NCBI GenBank assembly: GCA_020137815.1
Contig: CM035356.1
Coordinates: 682,001-746,000 of the forward strand
DNA from: Hormiphora californensis
Taxonomy: Eukaryota > Animalia > Ctenophora
Length of the DNA stretch: 64,000 nt
Reading direction: 5' to 3'
Part shown: positions 1 to 23,115 of the stretch, one piece after another
How positions within the stretch are numbered: position 1 is the first letter of the stretch
Layout: each line of letters starts with the position of its first letter
Notes under the pieces: model-generated
Databases searched by the model: none
Told to the model about the DNA's origin: nothing
Seen by the model: the letters and a program-made list of their open reading frames with translations, nothing else
Made by a program: the position numbers and the translations under genes

Positions 1-2565
1 TAGGGGTAGGGAATCCCTATCCATAATCGTTTCCATCTCTATGCTTCCCTAGCCCTCATCAACTCCATCTTTCAGCTACCCTACCCCTAATCTAGTCCAT
101 CTCTCCGCTACCCTACTCCTCATCTACTCCATCTCTCAGCTATCCTACCTCCCATTTACTCCATCTCTCAGCTACCCTACCTCCCATTTACTCCATCTCT
201 CAGCTTCCCTACCTCCCATTTACTCCATCTCTCAGCTTACCTACCTCCCATTTACTCCATATCTCAGCTTCCCTACCTGCCATTTACTCCATCTTTCAGA
301 TACCCTACCTCCCATTTACTCCATCTCTCAGCTTACCTACCTCCCATTTACTCCATCTCTCAGCTTCCCTACCTCCCATTTACTCCATCTCTCAGCTACC
401 CAACCTCCCATTTACTCCATCTATCAGCTACCCTACCTCCCATTTACTCCATCTCTCAGCTTCCCTACCTCCCATTTACTCCATCTCTCAGCTTCCTTAC
501 CTCCCATTTACTCCATCTCTCAGCTTACCTACCTCCCATTTATTCCATATCTCACCTTCCCTACCTGCCATTTACTCCATCTCTCAGCTTCCCTACCTCC
601 CATTTACTCCATCTCTCAGCTACCCTACCACCCATTTACTCCATCTCTCAGTTTTCCTACCTCCCATTTACTCCATATCTCAGCTTCCCTACCTGCCATT
701 TACTCCATCTCTCAGATACCCTACCTCCCATTTGATCCATCTCTCAGCTTCCCTACCTCCCATTTACTCCATCCCTCAGCTTCCCTACCTCCCATTTACT
801 CCATCCCTGCCTCCCATTTACTCCATTTCTCAGCTTTCCTACCTCCCATTTACTCCATCTCTCAGCTACCCTACCTCCCATTTACTCCATCTCTCAGCTA
901 CCCTACCTCCCATTTACTCCATCTCTCAGCTTACCTACCTCCCATTTACTCCATCTCTCAGCTTCCCTACCTCCCATTTACTCCATCCCTCAGCTTCCCT
1001 ACCTCCCATTTACTCCATCTCTCAGCTACCCTACCTCCCATTTACTCCTTCTCTCAGCTTCCCTACCTCCCATTTACTCCATCTTTCAGCTTCCCTACCT
1101 CCCATTTACTCCATCGCTTACCTTCCCTACCTCCCATTTACTCCATCTCTCAGCTTCCCTACCTCCCATTTACTCCATCTCTCAGCTTCCCCACCTCCCA
1201 TTTACTCCATCTCTCATTTATCCTAACATTCCTACCCCTGAGAGATGGAGTAAATGGGAGGTAGGGAAGCTGAGAGATGGAGTAAATGGGAGGTAGGAAA
1301 GCTGAGAGATGGAGTAAATGGGTGGTAGGGTAGCTGAGAGATAGAGTAAATGGGAGGTAGGGAAGCTGAGGGATGGAGTAAATGTGAGGTATGGAAGCTG
1401 AGAGATGGAGTAAATGGGAGGTAGGTAAGCTGAGAGATGGAGTAAATGGTAGGTAGGGTAGCTGAGAGATGGAGTAAATGGGAGGTAGGGTAGCTGAGAG
1501 ATGGAGTAAATGGGAGGTAGGGAAGCTGAGAAATGGAGTAAATGGGAGGTAGGGTAGCTGAGAGATGGAGTAAATGGGAGGTAGGGAAGCTGAGAGATGG
1601 ATCAAATGGGAGGTAGGGTATCTGAGAGATGGAGTAAATGGCAGGTAGGGAAGCTGAGATATGGAGTAAATGGGAGGTAGGAAAGCTGAGAGATGGAGTA
1701 AATGGGTGGTAGGGTAGCTGAGAGATGGAGTAAATGGGAGGTAGGGAAGCTGAGAGATGGATCAAATGGGAGGTAGGGTATCTGAGAGATGGAGTAAATG
1801 GCAGGTAGGGAAGCTGAGATATGGAGTAAATGGGAGGTAGGAAAGCTGAGAAATGGAGTAAATGGGTGGTAGGGTAGCTGAGAGATGGAGTAAATGGGAG
1901 GTAGGGAAGCTGAGGGATGGAGTAAATGGGAGGTAGGGAAGCTGAGAGATGGAGTAAATGGGAGGTAGGGAAGCTGAGAGATGGAGTAAATGGGTGGTAG
2001 GGTAGCTGAGAGATGGAGTAAATGGGAGGTAGGGTAGCGGAGAGATGGACTAGATTAGGGGTAGGGTAGCTGAAAGATGGAGTTGATGAGGGCTAGGGAA
2101 GCATAGAGATGGAAACGATTATGGATAGGGATTCCCTACCCCTAATCGTTTCCATCTCTATGCTTCTCTAATAGGGAAGCTGAGAGATGGAGTAGATGAG
2201 GAGTAGGGTAGCTGAGAGATGGACTAGATAAGGGGTAGGGTAGCTGAAAGATGGAGTAGATGAGGGGTAGGGTAGCTGAAAGATGGAGTAGATGAGGGCT
2301 AGGGAAGCATAGAGATGGAAACGATTATGGATAGGGATTCCCTACCCCTAATCGTTTCCATCTCTATGCTTTTCTAATAGGGAAGCTGAGAGATGGAGTA
2401 GATGAGGAGTAGGGTAGCTGAGAGATGGACTAGATAAGGGGTAGGGTAGCTGAAAGATGGAGTAGATGAGGGGTAGGGTAGCTGAAAGATGGAGTAGATG
2501 AGGGGTAGGGTAGCTGAGAGATCGAGTTGATGAGGGGTAGGATAGCTGAGAGATGGAGTAGATCA
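1..2565. repeat. Foldback-type inverted array of a 32-bp tandem repeat (left end lies outside the window)
   Basis: Unit CCTACCTCCCATTTACTCCATCTCTCAGCTTC repeats at ~125-1215, then a short spacer (~1216-1238), then the reverse complement at ~1239-2035. Bases 1-~110 are the reverse complement of ~2036-2144. Related G-rich modules continue to ~2565. Confidence 0.92.
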
Positions 2566-3973
2566 AGATCAAGAAATATTTGATTCGGCACCGACCCTCT
2601 CTCTACTCCTCGATGTTTCCCGCCATGTTCTGCAGTTGCTGTGTGAGAGTTGAACGCGAGCGCGTCAATAACATGACACGACATGCAACACGACATGCAA
2701 CACGACATGCGAGATGCGAATTTCATTATTTTGAAGTTTTGTGGGGTTGCGATTTTTGTTTTAGGTCGGAGAGTGAAACGGCCGGTACAGTGGTAAACTA
2801 GATTAAAAACTGTACGCCTCATTAGACGGCGATTTTTCCTATCTTGTCTGGTTCCTGAGATATGGCCCCCTAAAGAGTTGGTGTCTCAAACTGCTGAATC
2901 TGGGTCACGCGAGGAAAATGGGCATCAGTTTGCGTGTACTGCTCCGTTTTTCACGGGACTTGAACGAGGGTGACGGCAAGAGTCTCACCTATTACATGGT
3001 ATCCTTACATTGTGTATTAAATCTAAAATGACTGAGCAGCATGCTTGTTAATGAACCTTGACGTGTTTGCTTGTCTCGCAAGCGCGCTCGCGACTAGCAA
3101 ACACGACATGCAGTTCACACCCTGGTTAATTGTCTACCAAGAAGAAGACACACAAACAGCTGCAGTGAGATGTCACGTTCTATTATTTCCAGGCAATTAA
3201 TGTGTAACCGGAAGTCAGTAAGAATCACGTGATTACAAAATTTACAGGGCAGATGTTATCGAGTAAAATTATTGTACGAAATTGTAGTTAATCTTCAGGG
3301 CATAATATATTGTCGGATACCTCCTCTAAAACTCCAAGTCGATCCAAAACCAAATGTCACGATTTCGTAACACAAATCACATCACCATAATATATGGTGC
3401 CTCATATTAAAGAGACAACACAGACAGGGTGAGATATAGAGAGGGAGAGGGAGGGATATGGAGACGGATATGAAGAAGAAGAGGGAGATGGAGAGGGATA
3501 TGAAGAGGGATATGGAGAGATAGAGAGAGAGGGTGACTGAACGACTCATTATGTAAAAGAGACTGTATCATGCCTGTATTATGCAAATAAACGTCTAGCT
3601 CCCAAGATATTTATACAGTATCTCAACCCAAAGTTAGCGAGGGTAATAAATAAGTAACCCACATGTGGATTGTGGCGTGGCGTATGTAGTAAATAAATAG
3701 CCTAATAAACGTGTTTGATGTGGCCGAAACTACATTCGGACAGGTCATTCTTCAGACGCAACAATCGAACAAGTGAACCTAGTGTGAACCCACACTAGGT
3801 GTGCAGACTCTCCCAGGGATATTCTATTATGACGCTACAAGAACTGTTATATATCATCTACAACTTCCCGGCACCTTATTGCCATTAAACAGAGGGGGGG
3901 GTGTTCTAGTATAATATAGAAAGCACGATGTGATGAATATAAATATATCTTGAACTAACAACTCCCCTAGAAC

Positions 3974-15414
<11,441 letters not shown>

Positions 15415-17171
15415 ACTGATAGGATAATATGCTGATTTATAAAGTGTATTATGATACTTCGAAGTAAATTACAAATACATACTTCGAAATATATAATATT
15501 TCAAAGAATATAACATGAGACTTCCAAGTATATATTGATCCCCCAAGGGCCTTGGACCAATTAGGGGCTGGAGGTCTTCCATTTATCATCAGTGTATAGG
15601 ATTATGTTTGAAACATGTAATATATCACTTTTTGTAGGTTTGATTTTACATTTTTAATAAACCGTGTATTTCGTGTATCTATAACACTACCAAGAAAAAC
15701 AATCATTGTTTATGTTATCTTGCCTATCGAGTTTCGAGTAGTTGTCGATTATATTACTAGTTGTCGGTGCCAATGTTTACAGTGAAATCGTTCGCTTACA
15801 CAAAATCAGCTGTTACTGCTAATTCTACACTGCAGATCATCTGACACTCTTCTTGTTTGAAACTGAGGTACTTTGAATTTCTACAATAAACGGCTCACTG
15901 ACTTTGAACTTTAGTATGCACTTTTACACATCGTAAATTCTCGACTATGCGGATTTTTGGAAGCGGAAAAGCGAGCCCAGTAACCGTAGGCAAGTCCGCC
16001 CACTCTTACCCCCCTCTTTCCCTAACTTGCGCTCTCTCTTTTTCTCTCTGATATTTAGCTCGCTGGTTTTGTCCTTTCATCCGCATATCTCCGTTGGATT
16101 ACATTTCATCTTCCAAGTGCGTGGGGGTTTGGACACTCCCCGGCGAGGTAGTTGTGTACATTTATTGAGACCCTTCAGTGTTGGGGAAAAGAGAGGGATA
16201 GAGATCAGAGAAAGAAACTGAGAGAGTCAAAGTGAGAGAGGTCTAATGGTTGGAGGCGTTGGAAGATTGAGGTTTCTATTAGTTATCTTGTGCAGTGTGC
16301 ACTGGGCTGGAGTAAACAGGTGAAAGCATTGGCCTAATTATGTCACTCTACCTGATACTGTTTTGACGGGACATTATCTTTTTGTGTTTTGCCTTAATCA
16401 TCAGTTTTTAACTTTTGTGAGCCACGGTTTTGTTGCAGGATTACTCTTTAACTGGTAGTGGTTAGCTATAATATAGGTATCTTGTCAGTTCTACCATCAC
16501 GGCTTTGAATTCTGAAGAATTTTCAAATTCTCCAATCTTCGTGATCAAGTTCAGTTCTCTTTGTTCAGTTTGTTCTCTCTCTCCCTTCACTCTCTCTCTC
16601 TCTCCCTCTATGTTCACTCTATTTTTCTCTCCCTCTATGTTCACTCTATTTCTCCCTCTATGTTATAGCTGGTTCTACTTGGTGTCGACCCGCACTCTCT
16701 TACACTCTAAAATTGATCCTATTGACCTGGTCATACCGTTGTAGACTACTGCTGCAGTTGTTGTAGTACATGTAGTAGTTCTAAATACTCACTATAGGAT
16801 GAGTGCTATATGGTGACCAGGAAAGCTCAAAGCTCAAAAACTATGAATTACTCTCAGGGGTGACTGGGGGAATAATTGATTAATTTCCAGTTCCAAAATA
16901 GTCATATTTTATGCTTGGTGAGCCATGCATGCTTTTGCTTCCTTCTAGCTACCCTCGCTAGGTTACGTAGCCTTTGTCTGTTGTTGTACTGCACTGGTGA
17001 GAGATACGACAATGTTGTATACATGATCTTGCTACAGAATGTACTAAATTGTTCTCTGTGTGTATTGTTTGCCTTTTGTAGTTTGCTTTTTTACCCTGTA
17101 TGCATGACCGTCGTTTCTCTATTTGTACAATCACCCCTGTACCAGATGGTTAATATCATACACCACAGAAC

Positions 17172-19191
17172 ATGGAGGCCAGTTTGAATAAGATATCAGA
17201 GAATTTTACCAATGACCCGACCATCTGTGTACCACTGGTGAAGGATTTATTGAGTGAAGAGTCATTTAGGGCGGGATCAAAGTGTGCTCTGCTGAAAAAT
17301 CTTGAAGTAGAGGATCACAAACATACACCAGTAAGTAGCTGATAAAAGAACTGAGAGTGTTGGTGATGAGTCTGATCAGCGTGACTATGTGATCTCCAAG
17401 GAACTGAGAGTGTGTTGGTGATGAGCCTAGCAAGATATTAGTGTGACTATGTGATCTCCAAGAAGGTCCTCCCTGTGTATCCCAACATGGAGGTGCATGT
17501 AATAAACACTTAATATCTTGGAGATCACACAAGATACCTAGAACAAGCCAATAAGAGCCAAAATATTCATTCGAAAACCTCTTCCATTTAAAGGTACAAA
17601 CAAAGGTCCACAGAGGTGTTATGGGAAGGAAAGGAGGACTGATGGAGTGGAGTGTTCTGACAGAAAAGGAAATTCTTCAGCTTATTGACAACACTGACCA
17701 TAATGTTGTTGAAAACAGGTAAAATTCAAGTCCCTGCATGATAGTACACAGCTTGACAGTGATGTAAAATCGTGTGAAGATTCATTCAGGAAGGGGCTGC
17801 ATCGAATTGAAGGCGATACAGTTAGATAGTGATACACCCCAGGCTGCATTATAAACCCACCCTTTCACAGGAAGTTATCGAACGTGACAGTTCTAAACTG
17901 GGATATTTCCTGCTGTGGCTCTGACAGAAGAGTTTTCTATGAAAGGGTCGTCCGGGTAATCGAGAAGATTCTACCGGATTTCTGCTGCTTCCAAAACGTT
18001 CAACACGAATTCAGGGCAACGTAAGCTAAGTGTCTTTTATTTTCTGTGCAGATTAAAAAGTTTTTCCTGCTGATATGTGAATCTACTCAAATGTATATCT
18101 CTTCTGCTCCATTACATAAACTTCTTAACAGGGTGAAACAGAGCAAGATTCTGGGTCGTCACTACTACCTGAGTAACAGTAACCTGGACTACATTGATTT
18201 TGTATCCCACACCCACCATGGTCTACTGACCCTCAGCAGGTGGCCCTGCGAGTTCATGGAATACCCCTTCACAGACACACACGTGGTAGGTGATCTCCCT
18301 GATCGTGTCTTGTTGGATCCCTTTTAGAAATTAGAACAATCTAACTTAGGGTTGACGAGAACACCTCTTTTTCTCATTTCTGTCTACCCCGTTGTCCCAT
18401 TTAAACACACATCGATTTTGTTTAGGGACGATATTTGTTGGTATCTCAGACGATAATTAACGGATCACCCATTATTGTTGCTCACTCCTGTCTTGACAAC
18501 AAAAGTAAGTGTGCTAGAATTCTAAACTTTACATTTATTTTATCAAGACAGTAGATGGCTCACTGTTCAGTTAGGGTGCCTTATAGCAGTTCAGATACGG
18601 TGCTTTAACCGCCTATGACCTTGTTGAGTAACCCATTGACCCTTACTCAACAACTATTACCTTCAGAACAACTGAGGGGCAAGAAGATTCAGAAGGCTGG
18701 AGAAATTCTCAGCAGACACCAGAATGTTATTTGGTTGGGGGATTTCGGTGATATCGAACCAGAAATACGGGACACCCTTCGAAATTTCAAAGTAATATCA
18801 TCATTATATTGACTTTATACTTTTCCATTTAGGTCACCTTACATATGTTCTTTTGTTGCATTTGTTGTAACATTTTGGCTCACTCTCTATTAGGATACCG
18901 AGGAGATAGCCGAGGGAAAGTATTCTAAAAGTGATAGAGTCCTGGTGAAGTCAGATCGCCTAAAACCGCTTCACTACATAAATTTAAACGAAGAGTTGGA
19001 TGGTAAGTCAATCCTGAATAAGATAAATCAGTTACTAACTTTCATCAAAGCCAAACGTTCAGTAGTCATTCATGCAATGTCGCAATGACAACTGGTCAGC
19101 TGTGAAGCCTTGCATTACCAAACACACAACTGTTTCAGATTACGTTGAAATGGAAGTCAAGAACGGAGTTGTTTGTGTGATCCAGCTTTAG
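17172..19191 (+). CDS. EEP-fold (endonuclease/exonuclease/phosphatase) protein, TDP2-like, catalytic motifs degenerate; 317 aa
   Basis: Eight phase-consistent exons: 17172-17330, 17594-17718, 17871-18020, 18132-18285, 18426-18504, 18667-18791, 18894-19002, 19139-19191. Motif order VTVLNWDI / PDFCCFQNV / GLLTLSRWP / GRYLLV / IVAHSCLD / VIWLGDFG / SDRVLV / GVVCVIQL parallels TDP2 TWNI / PDVIFLQEV / MRNLL / TSHLES / FAGDTN / FDRIF / SDHWGL. Confidence 0.8.
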
Positions 19192-19399
19192 CATTTAAAT
19201 CTTATCGTTAAATTTGGGAGTTCTAGGTTTTAGGTCATTTTGAACTTTAGAAACTTTAAAAGAGTTTGGTAACAAATATTTATCATGTACGAGTGTTTAA
19301 AATGTGTGATGACTTTTAAAAGTTGTGTTGATGAGTATTTAAACTATTTTATTACTTTTTGACAAATGCCTGGTTTCTTTTTTGAATTTTGAGATGTCA

Positions 19400-20042
19400 G
19401 TTTTGAGCCAGACACTGTGCAACAGATCCTAGGTCGAGTTTGGGGACTGAATGTCGAACGGACGATAACTCACATCGGTTCGAAAGCTCGAAAATTTGGC
19501 CTTAACCCTAACCCTAATCCTAACCATATTAGGAAGACATTGTTATTTTGCTGGCTGAGAGAGCTTTAAATAATGAGTATGGCTCTGAAACTTCTTGTGT
19601 GGGCAGGGAAATGTCTGAAATTGAAGACACATTTTTTTGAAGCTGCTATCTCTCATGGTTGTCTAATTAGAGCTGCTCAAACACGTGAGAAGTTAGCAAT
19701 TTTCACGGAATCGTGTAGCTTCCTGACTACAACGATTGTGGGAACACCAGGACTGAGTGTACCAAAGCTCGACAAAGTTGGTGTAGCTGCAATTGCCAAA
19801 TGGACGTCGTTCCAACGTCGTATCTATTATACTGCTGCCTTGCCATGCTACGCAGTCTGTCCATTCGTCGAGTTAAGCGCCTTTGCAGTTCGCGTTAGCA
19901 CACACCGGGCCGGAGTCCCGATGTGAGAGCCGAATACTGGGTCCTGGGAACATGTGAACTGCTACCCAGCCCCGTTACGAAGCGAAACTTTATTTTGTGT
20001 TGACACAGAGGACAGAGGAACGTGACGTTTTATTAAGACAGG
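19400..20042. mobile_element. Probable non-autonomous interspersed repeat (Helentron/DINE-like features)
   Basis: Short (TAACCC)n run at ~19503-19525, a CTGAAACTT...TTTGAAG...CTATCTC module, and a GACAGAGGACAGAG...CGTTTTATTAAG end. Boundaries are uncertain. Confidence 0.35.
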
Positions 20043-20447
20043 TTGAAACGGGCTACAGCCTACATACGTTCGTTTCTACGACGGATCGTCTGACGGATCA
20101 TTTTAACCCATTTAGATGGAGATAGACGTAATCAGACTTAACTTCTGAAACCAAATCCTCTCAAGCACGTTTAGTAAGCCTTTTGTTGAGTCGCCTGACA
20201 CTGTGTTTGCAAATAAAGTATGAACAATTCAAGCCTTTTGAACACTTTTTTGAGTGTGAATACTTTTGAAGAATTTTTCGGTTTGGGAAAGCTGAGGGGG
20301 GAGACACACTGAAGTTGAGCGTGCTCGTTCAAATCTCAACCTCGCGACACACACTGAAGTTCGAACAGGGACGGCGCTCGACGCTCGTGCGCAAATCCAA
20401 AATTTCCTAGTTTTCATGAAAACTCGGAAATTTTGGATTTGCGCACA

Positions 20448-20754
20448 TAGTGGAAGCTCTTACGGTATTTCCCACACCCCGTGGGAAAGTTTTTGACCGT
20501 GGGAAAGTTTTCAAACCGTGGGAAAAGAAAATTTCCCACGGTCATAACTCCACCCCCTGATAAGATAGAGACTTGAAATTTGTGTTGTAGGGAGATCATA
20601 TCGAGTTCTTCGTACAAAACAACTTTCAAGTCTCTATCTTATCAGGGAGTGGAGTTATGACCGTGGGAAATTTTCTTTTCCCACGGTTTGAAAACTTTCC
20701 CACGGTCAAAAACTTTCCCACGGGGCGTGGGAAATACCGTAAGAGCTTCCACTA
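20448..20754. repeat. ~300-bp palindromic MITE-like hairpin
   Basis: TAGTGGAAGCTCTTACGG...CCGTAAGAGCTTCCACTA, with ~130-bp near-perfect arms containing CCGTGGGAAA subrepeats. Confidence 0.88.
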
Positions 20755-20804
20755 ACAGCTGCTGCAGCCGGCGCGGGTGTCCAGAGCACGCACCTGTAAC
20801 GTAA

Positions 20805-22130
20805 GCCTGTCAAAACGTGTCGAAATTTGGCCAAACCTTGAAGTCACTAGAGGCAAGCCAATTCCGGTTGTACATCCTAGGTATAGGTCCCCTGAACATA
20901 AAAAACCAAAATGTCAGTCTCAATTATTTGGGGGAAGGTGTGTAATTAGCCCCTAATTGATTGGTAATTGAACATAAGGAGAAAAACGCTGTATCTACCC
21001 TTAGGAAAAGAGTAGAGACAAAATTAAGGGCACCAAAGTGTTCAGCGTCCTCGCATTAGTGGGGGTAGGTGCCGGAATTAAGTCTCTATCTCATCTGGTT
21101 AATTAGATAATTGGATAATTAGGTTTGCGCATAACCGTTTTTAAGCTATATGGCTATAGCCATGTTAGGAAAGGAGTAGAAAAAAAACCGAGGGCACTAA
21201 AATGATCAGCGTCCTCGCATTAGTGGGGGTAGGTGCCGGAATTAAGTCTCTATCTCATCCGGTTAATTAGATAATTGGATAATTAGGTTTGCGCATAACC
21301 GTTTTTAGGCTATATGGCTATAGCCACTTAGGAACGGTTTAGAGACTTTTCATTGGTGCCATTTTGTAGGGAAGAAAAAGTTATGGGGGTTCGACGTCGG
21401 ACTTTTAAGCTCTATCTTCAACCGTTTAGCCGTTATTCGGCTTTAAAGGTGCTCAAAATTAGCAAAAAACGGTTAATAGCCCGATTTTGAGCACCTTTAA
21501 AGCCAAATAACGGCTAAACGGTTGAAGATAGAGCTTAAAAGTCCGACGTCGACCCCCCATAAATTGGCTATTGCCTACAAAATGGCACCAATGAAAAGTC
21601 TCTAAACCGTTCCTAAGTGGCTATAGCCATATAGCCTAAAAACGGTTATGCGCAAACCTAATTATCTAATTATCTAATTAACCGGCTGAGATAGAGACTT
21701 AATTCCGGCACCAAACCCCACTAATGCGAGGACGCTGATCATTTTAGTGCCCTCGGTTTTTTTCTCTACTCCTTTCCTAATATGGCTATAGCCATATAGC
21801 CTAAAAACGGTTATGTGCAAACCTAATTATCCAATTATCTAATTAACCAGATGAGATAGAGACTTAATTCCGGCACCTACCCCCACTAATGCGAGGACGC
21901 TGAACACTTTGGTGCCCTTAATTTTGTCTCTACTCTTTTCCTAAGGGTAGATACAGCGTTTTTCTCCTTATGTTCAATTACCAATCAATTAGGGGCTAAT
22001 TACACACCTTCCCCCAAATAATTGAGACTGACATTTTGGTTTTTTATGTTCAGGGGACCTATACCTAGGATGTACAACCGGAATTGGCTTGCCTCTAGTG
22101 AGTTCTAGGTCAAAACACGTTTTGACAGGC
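20805..22130. repeat. 1.3-kb near-perfect palindrome with 164-bp internal subunits
   Basis: CACTAGAGGCAAGCC... (20845) pairs with ...GGCTTGCCTCTAGTG (22100). Loop at ~21460-21485. Core ~20991-21953 is homologous to ~60761-61719. Confidence 0.93.
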
Positions 22131-22959
22131 CTAACGCACGGCAGAGCAAAAAGAGGGTTCTTCCGCGTGCCACAGTGGAGTTTGACATGACCAGGGTGTC
22201 CGGTTCACCCAAAAAATTGTGTGTGCGCGCGGATGATTTTTTTTTCTCGTGATCAGGAAACTTTCATGTTTTTTTCCATTTTTCACAAAAGGTGTTCAGA
22301 CTTCAGAAATGTTTAAAACCTCTTAAAAACGCCTAAAAATATCAGAAATTTTCGGTTTCACACCCCTGACCGAGGCTACCGCCCCTGGCCCCGGACACCC
22401 AGGGACTTGCTGGGCCAAAGGACCAGCGCTGTCCCTGAGTTCGAAGTTGAACGGAAACCCATTTTCGCCTTTCGGCTGAGAAATCATTTGTAAGATGCTA
22501 ACATTTTTACTGGTACATCTCTCGAGGTGTCCTTTATCCATACCGAGTCAATTTCACCGTTTTAGAATTTTTTGGCTAATCTGGTCACAGTTGTCCCAAT
22601 TCACCAAAAATGTTAAAAACGGTGAAATTGACTCGGTATGGATAAAGGACACCTCGAGAGATGTACGGGTAAATAAGAGTGAACCAAAATAAAGTTCAAA
22701 AGCCTCCAAGAGCGGACCAGATCCAAGAGCGCACCAGAACCAGGTAAGGAGAGCTCCCCATTCAGAAGAGATCGCACAAAATATATACCACATGCAAATA
22801 CAACGCCGCTGACATCTTCTGCGTGTGGTATCCCCCGCGTGTGGTTTATCTTCTGGATGGGGTGCTATATGGTTCTGGTGCGCTCTTGGCCCTGGACCGC
22901 TCTTAGAGGGTCTTGAACTTTATTATGGTTCACTATTTGGTGCCGCTATTGGATATGTG

Positions 22960-23115
22960 GTCTCTTCTGTATGTGGTTCGCTCTGTGATAGTGGTCTCTT
23001 TTGGATGTGGTTCGCTCTGTGATATGATCTCTTTTGGATGTGGTTCGCTCTGTGATATGGTCTATTTTGGATGTGGTTCGCTCTGTGGTATGGTCTCTTT
23101 TGGATGTGGTTCGCT
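22960..23115. repeat. 33-bp minisatellite (~5 copies)
   Basis: TGGTCTCTTTTGGATGTGGTTCGCTCTGTGATA repeats. Confidence 0.85.

Noticed and set aside
732-1765. Repetitive ORFs (HLSASLPPIYSISQLPYLPFTPSL...)
   Set aside because: Translations of the stop-poor 32-bp satellite; they appear on both strands because of the inversion.
125-2035. CRISPR-like appearance of ~32-bp repeats
   Set aside because: Units are contiguous with no unique spacers, there are no cas genes, and the context is eukaryotic.
2630-3125. Possible transposon remnant with ACACGACATGC repeats
   Set aside because: No clear paired TIRs or TSD; boundaries cannot be defined.
16247-16319. Signal-peptide-like exon MVGGVGRLRFLLVILCSVHWAGVN upstream of the EEP gene
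   Set aside because: Splicing to the nearby acceptors tested (16439, 16668, 16798, 17169) gave early stops. It may be 5'-UTR or a uORF, but it is not supportable as coding.
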